DNA of 64,000 nucleotides, from the NCBI GenBank assembly GCA_951406725.2, contig OX597816.1, positions 64,666,001 through 64,730,000 on the forward strand. Direction: 5' to 3'. A program made the position numbers and the translations under genes. How positions within the stretch are numbered: the first letter of the stretch is position 1; every line of letters starts with the position of its first letter. Under the pieces are notes generated by a model. The model worked only from the letters and a program-made list of their open reading frames with translations, did not search any database and was not told the DNA's origin. Shown here piece by piece: positions 1-14,056 of this stretch. Source of the stretch: Octopus vulgaris (Eukaryota).

Positions 1-840
1 CACACAAATATGTGTATTGGGTGGAGAAGCAGCTTATCTCAAGTATAACCATATATTTTTTTAATAAAATAATTTGGGATTACTGTAAAAAATAGACACA
101 ATGATTGAACCAGGGTCCTCCTGTGTTTGGAAAGACGAGGGCCTCACGTTATGTTAGCTCTAACTAAAATCTTGTTATGCAGGATATCTTGGTGATATCA
201 TATTTGAGACACAGCAAGTGGTATGCTACCGCATTTAGTTAACCGTCTAAAAATCGACAAAGTATACTGATTTGAAAACTGCGACAGTGTCTTTGAAATT
301 ACATATTCACAAAATTATCTTTAATACACACACATACATATGCATAGTATATATTATAACTATAATATAAATATAGACCAAGCCATCTACCCATCTTCAG
401 TCACAAGTGTTAGGTATACCTCCAGGCTATAGAAGAAATGACGCTTAAAACTTGTGAATATGAAGCGAAGCTTTCAACTGTTCAGCTATATTTCACCGAA
501 AATTTATTGAAGCACGTTTACGTATACTTTTATCATTATCTCCGTCACTAACCATCCAGTTTGACTAATGTCATTCAGAATGAAGTGAGATGTTATGAAA
601 TCTATCAGCTTAGATTTTGAAGCAGGGAAGAAATTCAAAATCTGAAGTGGCAAGTATACAAACATTGTAGAAATACAATATAGTGTAAAATTCTAAATAC
701 GAAACAATAAACTTAAATCCCCAAGAAATTTTATATCGTCTGCAAAATAGAAAGCGAGGCACACGATTCCAGTAAGTCTAAGATTGTTGCTTCAACTTAT
801 GTATCTATCAACTCAATCATACTCGAAGTCAATTTTAATG

Positions 841-888
<48 letters not shown>

Positions 889-1164
889 ATGTTCTGTCTG
901 TACCATGAAAAACAAATGGAAGGATAGGACAGCGAGGAAATATTGCTTGCATTTAAAATTACATTTTCTTCTCAAATAACTGAATAGAATTTTAGCTTTC
1001 AGCAAGATGTAAAGTACTATACTAAATCGCTTTGTTTTGTTGGTAAATTTAGCAAGTATTTCTTTAATTATGTCCCTTAGTATTTCATTGGATATAGTCT
1101 TTCCGCGGAAAACAATTCCTTCTTCTACTACTTAAGAAATGGCAGTATTAACCGCTAAATTCCG

Positions 1165-1385
1165 TTATATACTCGCAAACTCGGAGACATATTGGAGTGA
1201 AGGCTCTAAGGATCTGAGCTATGGGGAAACTCGTGTAAAATGCGACCAGGGTTGCCGAGTATGCGAATAAGGATACAAGAGTTAAAGAAGGGGGAAGATA
1301 ACATTGGGACATCAGCAGTGGAAAATATTCAAGCGTGGTGTATACTGCAGGCTCTTCTTTAGGCCGAAGGAATTTGATTAAATGA
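1165..1385 (+). mobile_element. possible very degraded RTE-type LINE C-terminal/3' fragment
   Basis: Broken frames give ILE*RL..G...RDQ..AEYA..W..SSLGRRN, loosely like an RTE ORF C-terminus; many stops and indels. Confidence 0.2.
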
Positions 1386-1988
1386 AAGATTACATTGTCG
1401 CAAGGAGATACAATCTGAAATCCTCTCCAGTTTTTAACCACTTTCTTTTTCCCACGCCATAGAAAAACGCAATAAGCAATCAGTTTATCCCGCAAGCGTC
1501 CACACACACACACACACTCATATATATATGAATATAATACTTTTTTTCGTTCAGCGTTAACAGCCCTTCTTATCTTGTTTTTCCTTGTCCTGTCTTTTAC
1601 TACTTATATTTTGTACTGTCGTTACTGTCCTGGTTTTGTTACCATTTTTACCCCTCTGCAAAAAGATCTCAAATTTTAATTGATTTGCTTTTCGCAGGAA
1701 GGAATGTTTCTTATCGAAGATACGTCTCGCCTTCACCTTCGAAACGTAGAGTAGATGAAACCATGGCGACTGAAGAAGGGTTTTTTTCTTTGTGTTAATT
1801 GTCCTGTACACTATTTTTTTGTTGTTTAAAAAAAATGTCCAGTTCCTTGGGTTTGTGTCTATGTTTTCGTTTCTCATTGTGTTCGACGTTTTTTTTTTTT
1901 TTGGTGTCCTGTACTCATATATGCGTGTATATACATGTAGAGGTAGGTACGTACATATATGTATTTATATATGCAAATGTTTTATTTA

Positions 1989-1991
<3 letters not shown>

Positions 1992-2043
<52 letters not shown>

Positions 2044-2061
2044 CGATTGATAGATAGATAA

Positions 2062-2095
<34 letters not shown>

Positions 2096-2107
2096 GGATG
2101 GATAGAG

Positions 2108-2165
<58 letters not shown>

Positions 2166-2211
2166 ATGGATAGATACATAGATAGATATAGATACAGATA
2201 TAGATATAGAT
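1992..2211. repeat. compound microsatellite (TA)n(GA)n(GATA)n
   Basis: Directly visible. Confidence 0.95.
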
Positions 2212-2504
2212 ATGTTTCTTTATTAGCCACACAGGGCTGCACACAGATAGAACAAATTACAACGTAGAGCTTTTCTTTTGAAGGTAAAAAAAAAGGGGGG
2301 GGCGATCAAAAGGGATCGTAAAAGGAGAGAAAGAGGACAATAAAAGGCGGGGTTAAAAAAAGGGGGGGAAACAATTGATCAATAGGGATCGTTATCACAG
2401 AAATGTCAATATGAAGTGTAAAGGGGAGGACAGGTGAGGTTTACCCGTGGAAAGAAAAGCCTACGGAAAAGACCACGGTAACCTCGGTCAATGAAGTCAC
2501 ATGT
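2212..2504 (-). mobile_element. 3' UTR fragment of a non-LTR retrotransposon (possibly Tx1/L1-like) inside a (GATA)n tract
   Basis: Minus strand ends ...GCAGCCCTGTGTGGCTAATAAAGAAACAT running into (CTAT)n; (GATA)n on both sides; clade is inferred only. Confidence 0.5.
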
Positions 2505-2516
2505 TAGATAGATAGC

Positions 2517-2571
<55 letters not shown>

Positions 2572-2586
2572 TTAGATAGATAGATA

Positions 2587-2728
2587 TTCTTTTATTCTGT
2601 TACTTGCTTCGCCCATTTGATTGTGGCCATGCTAGAGAATTGCCTTTAGTCGATCAAATCGACCGCATGACCTATTGTTTGTAAGTCTAGTAGTTATTCT
2701 ATCGGTCCCTCATGCCGATCCGCTAGTT
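2587..2728 (-). mobile_element. SINE family C, degraded 3' fragment
   Basis: Reverse complement matches the 3' half of the copy at 11101-11486 (CAGCATGGCCACAATCAAATG-like tail). Confidence 0.7.
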
Positions 2729-2729
2729 G

Positions 2730-2919
2730 ACCTCGGATGCTCCCGGCAAACAGTTTCTGTGGAAACTGGATTCTCGAGGTGGTCATTAAATAATTCAAAC
2801 TTTGTATGAGTCCATACCGCGTAGATGCTGTAATTATTGCCAAATGTGCTCCCACCCCATATTAAAATAAATTTCTTTGAAATTTTTGGGTGTTTCTATT
2901 ATTTTGTCCAAACTCTGTA
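2730..2919 (+). mobile_element. Tc1-like transposon 3' end (transposase C-terminus + TIR)
   Basis: With one frameshift reads LYESIPRR.DAVIIAKCAPTPY*, the typical Tc1 C-terminus, followed by TIR-like GGTGTTTCTATTATTTTGTCCAAACTCTG-TA. Confidence 0.65.
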
Positions 2920-3044
2920 GATATTATATATATGTCCACTTTACACAGAGCAGAAATGACAGAGAAATTTGAAGGGGTGGAATAAAGATAATATGAATTC
3001 AACAGCTTCTGGGGCCTTGGGGATGCATAATGATGTTGGTAGAC

Positions 3045-3421
<377 letters not shown>

Positions 3422-3606
3422 TATATAAAAAGGGCTTAGTAAAATAAATTACTTTGCCGCATACTGAACTCATTAGAAATAGCAGCTAAAAAACTTTTTT
3501 AAAGCTATTTCTAATACTTAAAAAATCTCTCTCATATAGTGTTTGCTTAACTCAACTCACAAAAGTTTGGGGTAAGGACATCAAAAAATCAAATGCAAAG
3601 GTTATT

Positions 3607-3658
3607 TGAGAACGTACGTTTCAAGATTAGTCAATACGACACTTCTATCATCAGCTCA
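3607..3658 (-). ncRNA. type-I hammerhead ribozyme motif, 558-bp family
   Basis: Reverse complement of 4654-4705. Confidence 0.7.
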
Positions 3659-4653
3659 GAAACTCCTTGGTTTGGATTTGAAAACACTGAAAGTAAGAAC
3701 ATACCCTTTCGGCTTCTCATCGCTTTCGAAGATCCGCTCGTAACTAACAGTGCCAACAAACTCAAATATGCAAGCGAAGAATTTCTGTTCTCCCCTTTCC
3801 ACCAGCGTGGGTTAAAATCATCAAACACTATGCTTATTTCGGTAAAATCCGAAGCATTAATTAGAGGGAGATTAATTATAATTTCAACAATTGAGGGTAA
3901 AATAAATTAATTATTAATCAATTTCACCAAGTGTTCAGTATGCAAAGGGACCATTTAAGGCGAATTCAAATTATTACATTATATAAAAGGGCTTAGTAAA
4001 ATAAATTACTTTGCCGCATACTGAACTCATTAGAAATAGCAGCTGAAAAACTTTTTTAAACCTATTTCTAATACTTAAAGAAAATCTCTCTCATATAGTG
4101 TTTGCTTAACTCAACTCACAAAAGTTTGGGGGTAAGGACATCAAAAAATCAAATGCAAAGGTTATTTTTTGATGTCCTTACCCCCAAACTTTTGTGAGTT
4201 GAGTTAAGCAAACACTATATGAGAGAGATTTTCTTTAAGTATTAGAAATAGCTTTAAAAAAGTTTTTTAGCTGCTATTTCTAATGAGTTCAGTATGCGGC
4301 AAAGTAATTTATTTTACTAAGCCCTTTTATATAATGTAATAATTTGAATTCGCCTTAAATGGTCCCTTTGCATACTGAACACTTGGTGAAATTGATTAAT
4401 AATTAATTTATTTTACCCTCAATTGTTGAAATTATAATTAATCTCCTCTAATTAATGCTTCGGATTTTACCGAAATAAGCATAGTGTTTGATGATTTTAA
4501 CCCACGCTGGTGGAAAGGGGAGAACAGAAATTCTTCGCTTGCATATTTGAGTTTGTTGGCACTGTTAGTTACGAGCAGATCTTCGAAAGCGATGAGAAGC
4601 CGAAAGGGTATGTTCTTACTTTCAGTGTTTTCAAATCCAAACCAAGGAGTTTC

Positions 4654-4705
4654 TGAGCTGATGATAGAAGTGTCGTATTGACTAATCTTGAAACGTACGT
4701 TCTCA
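4654..4705 (+). ncRNA. type-I hammerhead ribozyme motif, 558-bp family
   Basis: tgag-CTGATGA-t aga agtgtc gtatt gacta a tct t-GAAA-cgtacg-TT-ctca; canonical CUGAUGA and GAAA, palindromic helix III ACGTACGT, predicted GUU cut after 4701. Confidence 0.7.
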
Positions 4706-5078
4706 AATAACCTTTGCATTTGATTTTTTGATGTCCTTACCCCCAAACTTTTGTGAGTTGAGTTAGGCAAACACTATATGAGAGAGATCTTCTTTAAGTA
4801 TTAGAAATAGCTTTAAAAAGTTTTTTAGCTGCTATTTCTAATGAGTTCAGTATGCGGCAAAGTAATTTATTTTACTAAGCCCTTTTATATAATGTAATAA
4901 TTTGAATTCGCCTTAAATGGTCCCTTTGCATACTGAGCACTTGGTGAAATTGATTAATAATTAATTTATTTTACCCTCAATTGTTGAAATTATAATTAAT
5001 CTCCCTCTAATTAATGCTTCGGATTTTACCGAAATAAGCATAGTGTTTGATGATTTTAACCCACGCTGGTGGAAAGGG

Positions 5079-5647
<569 letters not shown>

Positions 5648-5674
5648 GGTATATATATACATATATATATATAC

Positions 5675-5705
<31 letters not shown>

Positions 5706-5720
5706 CATATATATACATAC

Positions 5721-5751
<31 letters not shown>

Positions 5752-5778
5752 ATATATGTATATGTATATGTATGTATA

Positions 5779-5809
<31 letters not shown>

Positions 5810-6191
5810 TTATATATGTATATGTATGTATATGTATATATATATATACACATATATATATAGTACATGTGTGTGCGCGTGTGAGTGTGTGTGTACATAT
5901 ACGTGTATATGAATATATAATTACATAAATATAATTATAATTAAGGGCACAAAACAACAGCGCATATGCTAGGGGAAGAAGTTAAACGACTACAAACCAC
6001 TTTGAACTTGCACTCCATTAGCTCAAGGTTGAATGCGAGGAAAATGGAGAAATACTATTTCGTAATGAATTTTCTTATATGTTGGCCACTGATAAAATTA
6101 TCAAATTTTAATTATTTTATCCTTAATTATGTATACGTATACATGTGTATATGTATTGTGTATTTATACTTATGTATATACAAGCATATAC

Positions 6192-6261
<70 letters not shown>

Positions 6262-6789
6262 GTGTGTACATTTAAAACGTATATGTTAATAAATATAAGT
6301 TCGTATATATGTATGCCTAAAAAAAAATATTTGAGCGTAGCAGTCTGATATTTCCATATGCGTTTCAAAAAAAGCTAATCGAAATGTTTTCTAACACCCA
6401 GCCTGTCACGGGTCAGTGTGTAAAAATAAAGAAAAGCGAAAGGACGAAGAGGGATCATGTAAAATAAGCCTGAATACTTTCTGACATTCTTGCAATATTT
6501 TCTATTGAAACAGTGAGTATACATATAAGTGTATAAATATATCTTCTTATATACTTTGTTCTTTAAATTTTGAAACAATACTGTTTCTTGTTTTTAGAAA
6601 GTTAAACAGCGCATCAACTTTGTTATTGTTAAGATGCTGCTTTCTTTATTTGTTGAAAGTACATTAGAACCTTATCTATAGGTTTTTAACTGACTTTTTG
6701 TGAATCCCATGCTTTTGTTTCAATATTGGAAATAGATAAAAACGTTATTTTACTTTGTTTAGAGTCAATTTAAATTGTTATACATACAC

Positions 6790-6847
<58 letters not shown>

Positions 6848-8074
6848 ACATTAATAGGAACCCATAAAAATAATAGAGTATAAAATGTCAAATACATCAG
6901 TTGCATTCTTCCTAACATAAAAAAGTAATGAATCACGTCAGAAATACGGCAAAACATTTGGAGAGGAAAGAAGCCTTAAGAGAGTAAGCTTTTGACATTT
7001 TAAGTTTTGTTAGAGTAACAGCAGACATATATTTTGGAACAATGTTGTTTGACCGATATAATTTGACGGATATATATGTGGCATGTAAGAATTCAATTTT
7101 ATAAATTACTTTTAACTTTAAAAACAAAGGAAAATTAATCATTCAAAGTTTTACACACGAGTCATTAAATTCAGAAACAATTTTATTAATAAAAATGTTT
7201 TTTTAAAAGTGTAGTCTAAATAATGAAACAAAGGAATCGTTAAGATCAGCGGCAATATTTCCAATAATGAAAGCAAATAAAAACAAAATTCAGAACGGTG
7301 GAAAGTCAATAATTTGCAGAAATCAATACCTTATGAGAATTTATCAAGTGTTTGTTCCGTTTTATTTAGTATAAATTAATTTTAGAATTAACCGTACAAT
7401 CCAAAGAGAAATTTCTAATCACAATGCCCAGAAAATCTTCAAAACTAAATATTTTTCTCCAAGAACACTGATTTCGAGAATATAGAAAGAAAGTAGGTAA
7501 ATTTTAAAACTCATTCTCATATATGATTTTAGTAAAAGGCAGATATAATCTTGAAATGATGTGTGTGTGTGTGTGCGTGTGTGTGCCTATGTGTCTCTGC
7601 GTGTGGCCTGTGTGTGCGAATGTGTACACACAGAAAATGAATTAACATGATTTATATATCCAGGCGATATAAAGTATGGTCTATTAATTTTCGGTATCAT
7701 GACACTTGGAAATTTGTGTCAAGATTGTTAATTAAATCTTGGAGCTTCATCATATAAGCGAAATAATTCATTGCAATTTTATATTCATTTTCCCATTATG
7801 TTCTCTTTCTAGTTTGATTCATTAATTTTGCCGGTCCCTTAAGTTTCCAAAAAACAGTCAAGAAATTCTGCAGATGCTATGACAAATTGTATTCAGTAAA
7901 AATTTTATATTGCATCAGTTGGAACCAAACCATGTATTTCCCCATTCACATGTACAATTGAAGCAATCAGCCATAAATTTAATTTTATTAATCAATATGT
8001 TATAATAGTTAGAGTAAATATTGACATTTTCCGAGGATTTTTAATGATTTAGTAAGAATTTATTAATATTTAAT

Positions 8075-8315
8075 CTTCTATATTTTATTCCTTTCAGTTA
8101 TTAGACTGCGGCCATGCTTATGCAGGACCTTGAAAGGTTTGATCGAAGAAATTGATCTCAGTACTTAGGATTTTTAGGCGTGGTACTTATTCTATCAGTC
8201 TCTTATGTTAGAACACTACGATATGGGGACATAAACAAACCAACAGCAATTGTCGAGCGGTTGTGTGGTACAATCACAAACAGAAAGGCACACATACACA
8301 TGTATACACACAGGC

Positions 8316-8354
<39 letters not shown>

Positions 8355-8578
8355 GATGCATATATATACAAACGCATACACACATATATGTGTGTGGTGT
8401 GTGCATGTGTGTATGTATGTACGAATGTCTATTTAAGATTAAACATTCGTACACACTCCACTCAAAAGGCTTTGGTCCATTGGGAACTATAGTGGAAAGC
8501 ACATATCCAAGGTCCCAACAGGCGGCACAGAGTTTGGAACCATGCGGTTTGTAAACAAGTTCCTTCCTACACAGTCAC
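8075..8578 (-). mobile_element. SINE family C, degraded, with internal microsatellite
   Basis: Similar to 10217-10582. Confidence 0.7.
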
Positions 8579-8894
8579 GCAAGTAAAAAAAATACTGAAG
8601 AAAGTTAGTGACCTACGGTATGGAGAGTAAAAGATATATGGATCAAAACAGTTTGGTGCAAATTCGTTGGTACACTTGAGTTTCAAGTGTGATGCTAGTC
8701 TTCAGCCGTTTGAAGCGCAAAGGTAACAACGAACACGACACCAGCTACAACATCTATATGTTTAAGATCTACAGCAAGATATGATGCAACCAACACATGC
8801 ATACGTTTCGCAACCCAAACATATATAGACATTCAAATGTGTCATTATCCAAACGAGTGTATATATTAAACACTGATAAAGGTTTTTAGTGGCA

Positions 8895-9216
8895 GAAATC
8901 GACCCCAAGACTTATTCATTGTAAGCCTAATGCTTCATTTATCGCTCTTTTGTGAAACCGCTAATGTACAGCGAATTGAATACACCAATATCAGTTGCAA
9001 GCGATGGGAGGGGGATAAACATAGACACATAAATTTATTCATATATAAATACATACATACGACAGGCTTCTTACAATTTCCGGCTACCATATCCACCACA
9101 AGGCTTTTGTCAGCCCGAAGAAGGCACCTGCTCAAGGTGACAAGCAGTTGGACTAAATCCGGTGCTATGTGGTTGGCAGGAAAGCTTCTTATCACACCAC
9201 ACAGCCACTCTTGCGC

Positions 9217-9217
<1 letters not shown>
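8895..9217 (-). mobile_element. SINE family C, degraded
   Basis: Similar to 10217-10582 (AAATCGACCCCAAGACTTATTC ... ACCACACAGCCACTC). Confidence 0.65.
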
Positions 9218-9303
<86 letters not shown>

Positions 9304-9423
9304 TACATACATAGATAGAGAGAGAGAGATATGTATGTATATGTATATATTTATATACATATATATGAATGTATGCATATGTATGTATATATATATACAC
9401 ATACACATATATATGCATATATA

Positions 9424-9499
<76 letters not shown>

Positions 9500-9501
<2 letters not shown>

Positions 9502-9830
9502 CGCATGGCTCAGTGGTTAGAGCGTCGAGCTTACGATCGTGAGGTTGTGAGCTCGAATCCCGGACCGGGCTGCGTGTTGTGTTCTCGAGCAAGGCACTTT
9601 ATTTCACGTTGCTCCAGTTCACTCAGCTGTAGAAATGAGTTGCGACGTCACTGGTGCCAAGCTGTATCGACCTTTGTCTTTCCCTTGGATAACACTGGTG
9701 GCGTGGAGAGGGGAGGCTGGTATGCATGGGTGACTGCTGGCCTTCCATAAAAAAACAACCTTGCCCAGACTGTGTCTAGGAGGGTAACTTTCTAGGTGCA
9801 ATCCCATGGTCATTCATGACCGAAGGGGTC
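9500..9830 (+). mobile_element. tRNA-derived SINE family A
   Basis: Near-identical to 5273-5611. Confidence 0.85.
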
Positions 9831-9841
9831 AAAAGAAAAAT

Positions 9842-9884
<43 letters not shown>

Positions 9885-9930
9885 TAAATTTCTAAATCTC
9901 TCGTAGAGACATGTACGGTGGTGAGGCGAT

Positions 9931-10076
9931 AGAATGGTTGTAACATGAACGTGACTGTAGGGGGGTACACCACCGCTGTTTAGCCCTAGGAGGCGTCGAT
10001 GCTTCCTAGGGCTAAACAGCGGTGAGGTACCCCCTACTGTCACGTTCATGTTAGATTGACAGTATACAACCATTCT
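9931..10076. repeat. near-perfect palindrome/hairpin, arms about 65 bp, essentially no loop
   Basis: AGAATGGTTGTA..ACATGAACGTGAC..TTTAGCCCTAGGA mirrored by TCCTAGGGCTAAA..GTCACGTTCATGT..TACAACCATTCT; 11-nt extra segment in the right arm. Confidence 0.9.
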
Positions 10077-10077
10077 C

Positions 10078-10129
<52 letters not shown>

Positions 10130-10216
10130 ACCATCCGAATTTCTGAGTACCTCATTTCTTCTAATATAAAATACCTGTACATCATCTCCAAACCTTTAAA
10201 TATATATAGATATATA

Positions 10217-10582
10217 CTCTTTTTACTTGTTTCAGTCATCTGACTGCGGCCATGCAAGACCCCGGGACTTACTCTTTTGTAAGCCCAGTACTTATTCTAT
10301 CGGTTCTTTTGCCGAACCGCAAAGTAACGAGGACATAAACACACCAGCATCGGTTGTCAAGCAATGCTAGGGGACAAACACAGACACACAAAGACACACA
10401 CGCATATATACATATATACAACGGGCTTCTTTCATGTTCCGTCTATCAAATCCACTCACAAGGCTTTGGTCGGCTCGAGGCTATAGTAGAAGACACTTGC
10501 CCAAGGTGCTACGCAGTGGGACTGAACCTGGAACCATGTGGTTTGTAGACAAGCTACTTACCACACAGCCACTCCTGCGCCT
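10217..10582 (-). mobile_element. tRNA-derived SINE family C
   Basis: Minus-strand head GGCGCAGGAGTGGCTGTGTGG..GGTTCAGTCCC, CORE-like CCTTGGGCAAGTGTCTT, CR1-like tail. Confidence 0.85.
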
Positions 10583-11100
10583 ATATATATGCAATCCCAC
10601 ATACATATGTATTTCGTATATGTATTGTATTTATTAAAATGATCCCTTGAGAATCGCTAATGATCTAGCTACTCTTTCGTTTCTTACTGAAAATTGAGAA
10701 TTAACTTTCAGTCAGCAAATAATATGCTGTCGTTTAACCAAATTACTTGTATTCATACCATGTGTTCTTTTCAGTCATTTCTCGTAGCAAGTTTTAAGAT
10801 TTTCAATTACGAAAATTAAGCTTATACGAAACGCTTTTAAATTTTATGTATAAAATTACTTACCTGCATGCACAGTTAAGCTGCACTATGCTGACGTAGT
10901 CAAAAATATCGAAATATATCTCTTAGTTGTTCTAAGAGGCTGTTCTTTCCTTAAGCATGTTAATCTTGAAATATATTCTTACTTTTTCTTGAGGAATTCC
11001 ATTAGGATTCCCTTTCTCGTCTCACAGGAAAAGTTCAACAAATTCAGAAATTACTAGGCATATTATTCAGCATAGTATCCTTTAATACACAAACTAACAC

Positions 11101-11204
11101 AATCCCACTGCGTGGCACCTTGGGCAAGTGTCTTCTACTATAGCCTCGGGCCGACCAAACCCTTGTGAGTGAATTTGGTAGACGGAAACTGAAAGAAGCC
11201 CGTC

Positions 11205-11260
<56 letters not shown>

Positions 11261-11486
11261 ATTTATGTTTTTATGTCTGTGTTTGTCCCCCCCCCAACAT
11301 CGCTTGGAAACCAATGCTGGTGTGTTTACGTCCCCGTTACTTAGCGGTTCGGCAAGAGAACCGATAGAATACGTACTAGTCTTACAAAGAATAAGTCTTG
11401 GGGTCGATTTTCTCGACTAAATGTGGTGCTCCAGCATGGCCGCAGTCAAATGCCTGAAACAAGTAAAAGAATAAAAGAATAAAAGA
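11101..11486 (+). mobile_element. SINE family C, 5'-truncated, with internal (TA)(TG)n and (AAGAATA)n tail
   Basis: Same family as 10217-10582. Confidence 0.85.
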
Positions 11487-12540
11487 ATTTGAAAATATGT
11501 ATTTGTTCTTATGGGTTTTGGTAAATGTGTCGGCAAATTTAAACTAAAACGATTAAAGAAAGTTATTAGTTGATAAGAAATAATTTGAAAACCTAATTTA
11601 AAGAGCGTTGGATTTTTTTTAAGTAAATGAAGAATTTTAGAATTATACTTAATGGAGTTAAAATGCTTAATGGAGTTTTCTTGTGTAAGAAGAATGACAA
11701 AACTATTATAGACGAGCTCATGTAGTGTGAATACTTAAATATGCCACTGATGCAGGTAGATAAATATCTAATATGTTTTAGGTCTCTGACAGGAATTTTT
11801 AAAACTTTTGTTTTATGTAAACAAATTAGTATGATTCTACATTTATTCCTATGTATGAGAGCCAAGTATAGTCATCAATAAATTATTTTAATTAAAGCAC
11901 CAAAATAGAATGAAGCGTTATTATTAAAATTCTTACCTGACAAACATATATCACAGTTATAAAGTGGAATGTAACGTACAATATGAGTAAATGGAAATAA
12001 CTAATTGAACAAAATAATGAAAGTCGTATTGGTAAAAGTGTGCATAACGGAATTTTAAAATGATTAGATGTTGTTTAAAAGTGAAAAGGTGAAAAAGAAT
12101 GAAAGTAATGAATGATAGACTAATGTTGATGTATTATACTGGGAAATAATGTATTATAATGACAAGTGTTATACTGGATAATTAAATGAAAAAATAGCAA
12201 AATAGAGGTATAAAATACATAAAAAATAAAATGATAAAAACTGTAAAACATATTATATGGTAAATAATGTGAGATAAATGGACGAAGAATAACAGAGATG
12301 AGGGTGATAAAAATAAAATAAAAGAATGGGTGATTAAATATCAGAAAGAAATAAAATTCAATGCGTTAAGGGAAAATACAATAAACCAGATACAATAAAT
12401 GGATTAAATCTATATAAAAGTTCACTGGAAAAATTTACTATGTCAACAACGATGTACACGTAGACAAATTCAGACGCGCATATACATGTATATATTTATA
12501 TGAGTGTGTGTGTATAGATACGTATATGTATACATGTATG

Positions 12541-12623
<83 letters not shown>

Positions 12624-13877
12624 TTATGCACATACAGACGCATGCGCATAAAGACAGCAAGACACAGCAAACGAGAGAGAGATCGGGCGGAGGGAGGAAG
12701 GTAAGTGAGAACAGTAAATAAGAAAATTTATAATGGATATATGAAAAAAGGAGAGAAAATTTTACATTATTGCATTGCAGCGAACAGTCAAAGCCTGTTC
12801 ACTGGGGATAATGACAATTTAATTATGAGTCAGATATTTATTTGATGGAACACGAGTTAAAATTTGATATCTTTTTTAGATAAAGAATAAAGAGAAATTT
12901 TAATAATTGGGAACAAAAACGTTCATTAGAAATTCTTTGTGTTCATAATTCATTTGTACTGGTTGTTTAAATTAATTTCAGTTTATTGGTGCATTCGCCA
13001 CAATATCTGTTATAAATTGAATGAATCAAATTTATTGTATTACAAATAACGGATTAAAGGAATAATACTAGCAACATACACATTAAGAATTTCTGCCTGT
13101 TAAGCCACCGTCGTTATCTTTCGTTCTATTTCTTGTAGGGTTTATGGCTACTGCATTCTTTGAATTCTACTGTCTTTAGTTGAGTTTCTAGCGTAACTCT
13201 AAGTACTAGAATCAGTGATAGCCACTGAAACCTTCCTCTATTAATTACTGGTCTTGTGTCTGTAACAGAACCTATTATGCCGACCGTGGATGAACCAAAT
13301 AGAACTGGATTACATGGACACAACAGATTCAACAGACGTCTGCACCAGGGAGCAATAAGTAATTCTCGTCTTTTTTTTTTTGCACTAACACAGTCGCAAA
13401 CTAACAAAGGCACACATATATATATATATGCATATATCCGAGAACTTGATGGATTTGTATTTTCCCCTTGAAATTAGCGTAGGAGCATTGAAATCGATGT
13501 GATAGTCCATCATGTACTCTTGTTTGATCGAGCTTACTCATGCATCAGCGTGCAACGTTGTTTACTATTCCATAGACACACGTACCACAGAGAGCGAGCG
13601 TGAACGAAGGCAAGATGGCTGAAACACACACACAAAAATATAATTCATTCAACGAAGTTCTTGAGTTTATTAATATTTACTCATAAAGCTTAGGATGACG
13701 AAAGGCTCTGTTAAAGACTGCTGCACAATATACCACAGAGTGGGATCGAATTCGGAAAGTCAAAACTATGAAGCAAACATCTCAAATCCTCCTCCGTACC
13801 TGCGTATCTTATATATATTTATATGTATCATATATATATACGTGTGTGTGTGTGTGTGTGCATGCGTATGTTTTGTG

Positions 13878-13930
<53 letters not shown>

Positions 13931-13977
13931 GCATATATGTATCTATATACATATATATTTGTATATATAAACACATA

Positions 13978-14056
<79 letters not shown>

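Noticed and set aside
3593-3910. 105-aa ORF repeated in the 558-bp unit
   Set aside because: No recognisable motif, antisense to the ribozyme, and frameshifted in the second copy; recurrence only reflects the duplication
13250-13360. Possible host exon after TGTCTGTAACAG
   Set aside because: Short, no recognisable protein, no convincing donor site or neighbouring exons
13545-13625. Promoter-like motifs (TGTTTAC, CAAGATGGC)
   Set aside because: Short motifs expected by chance, no linked gene
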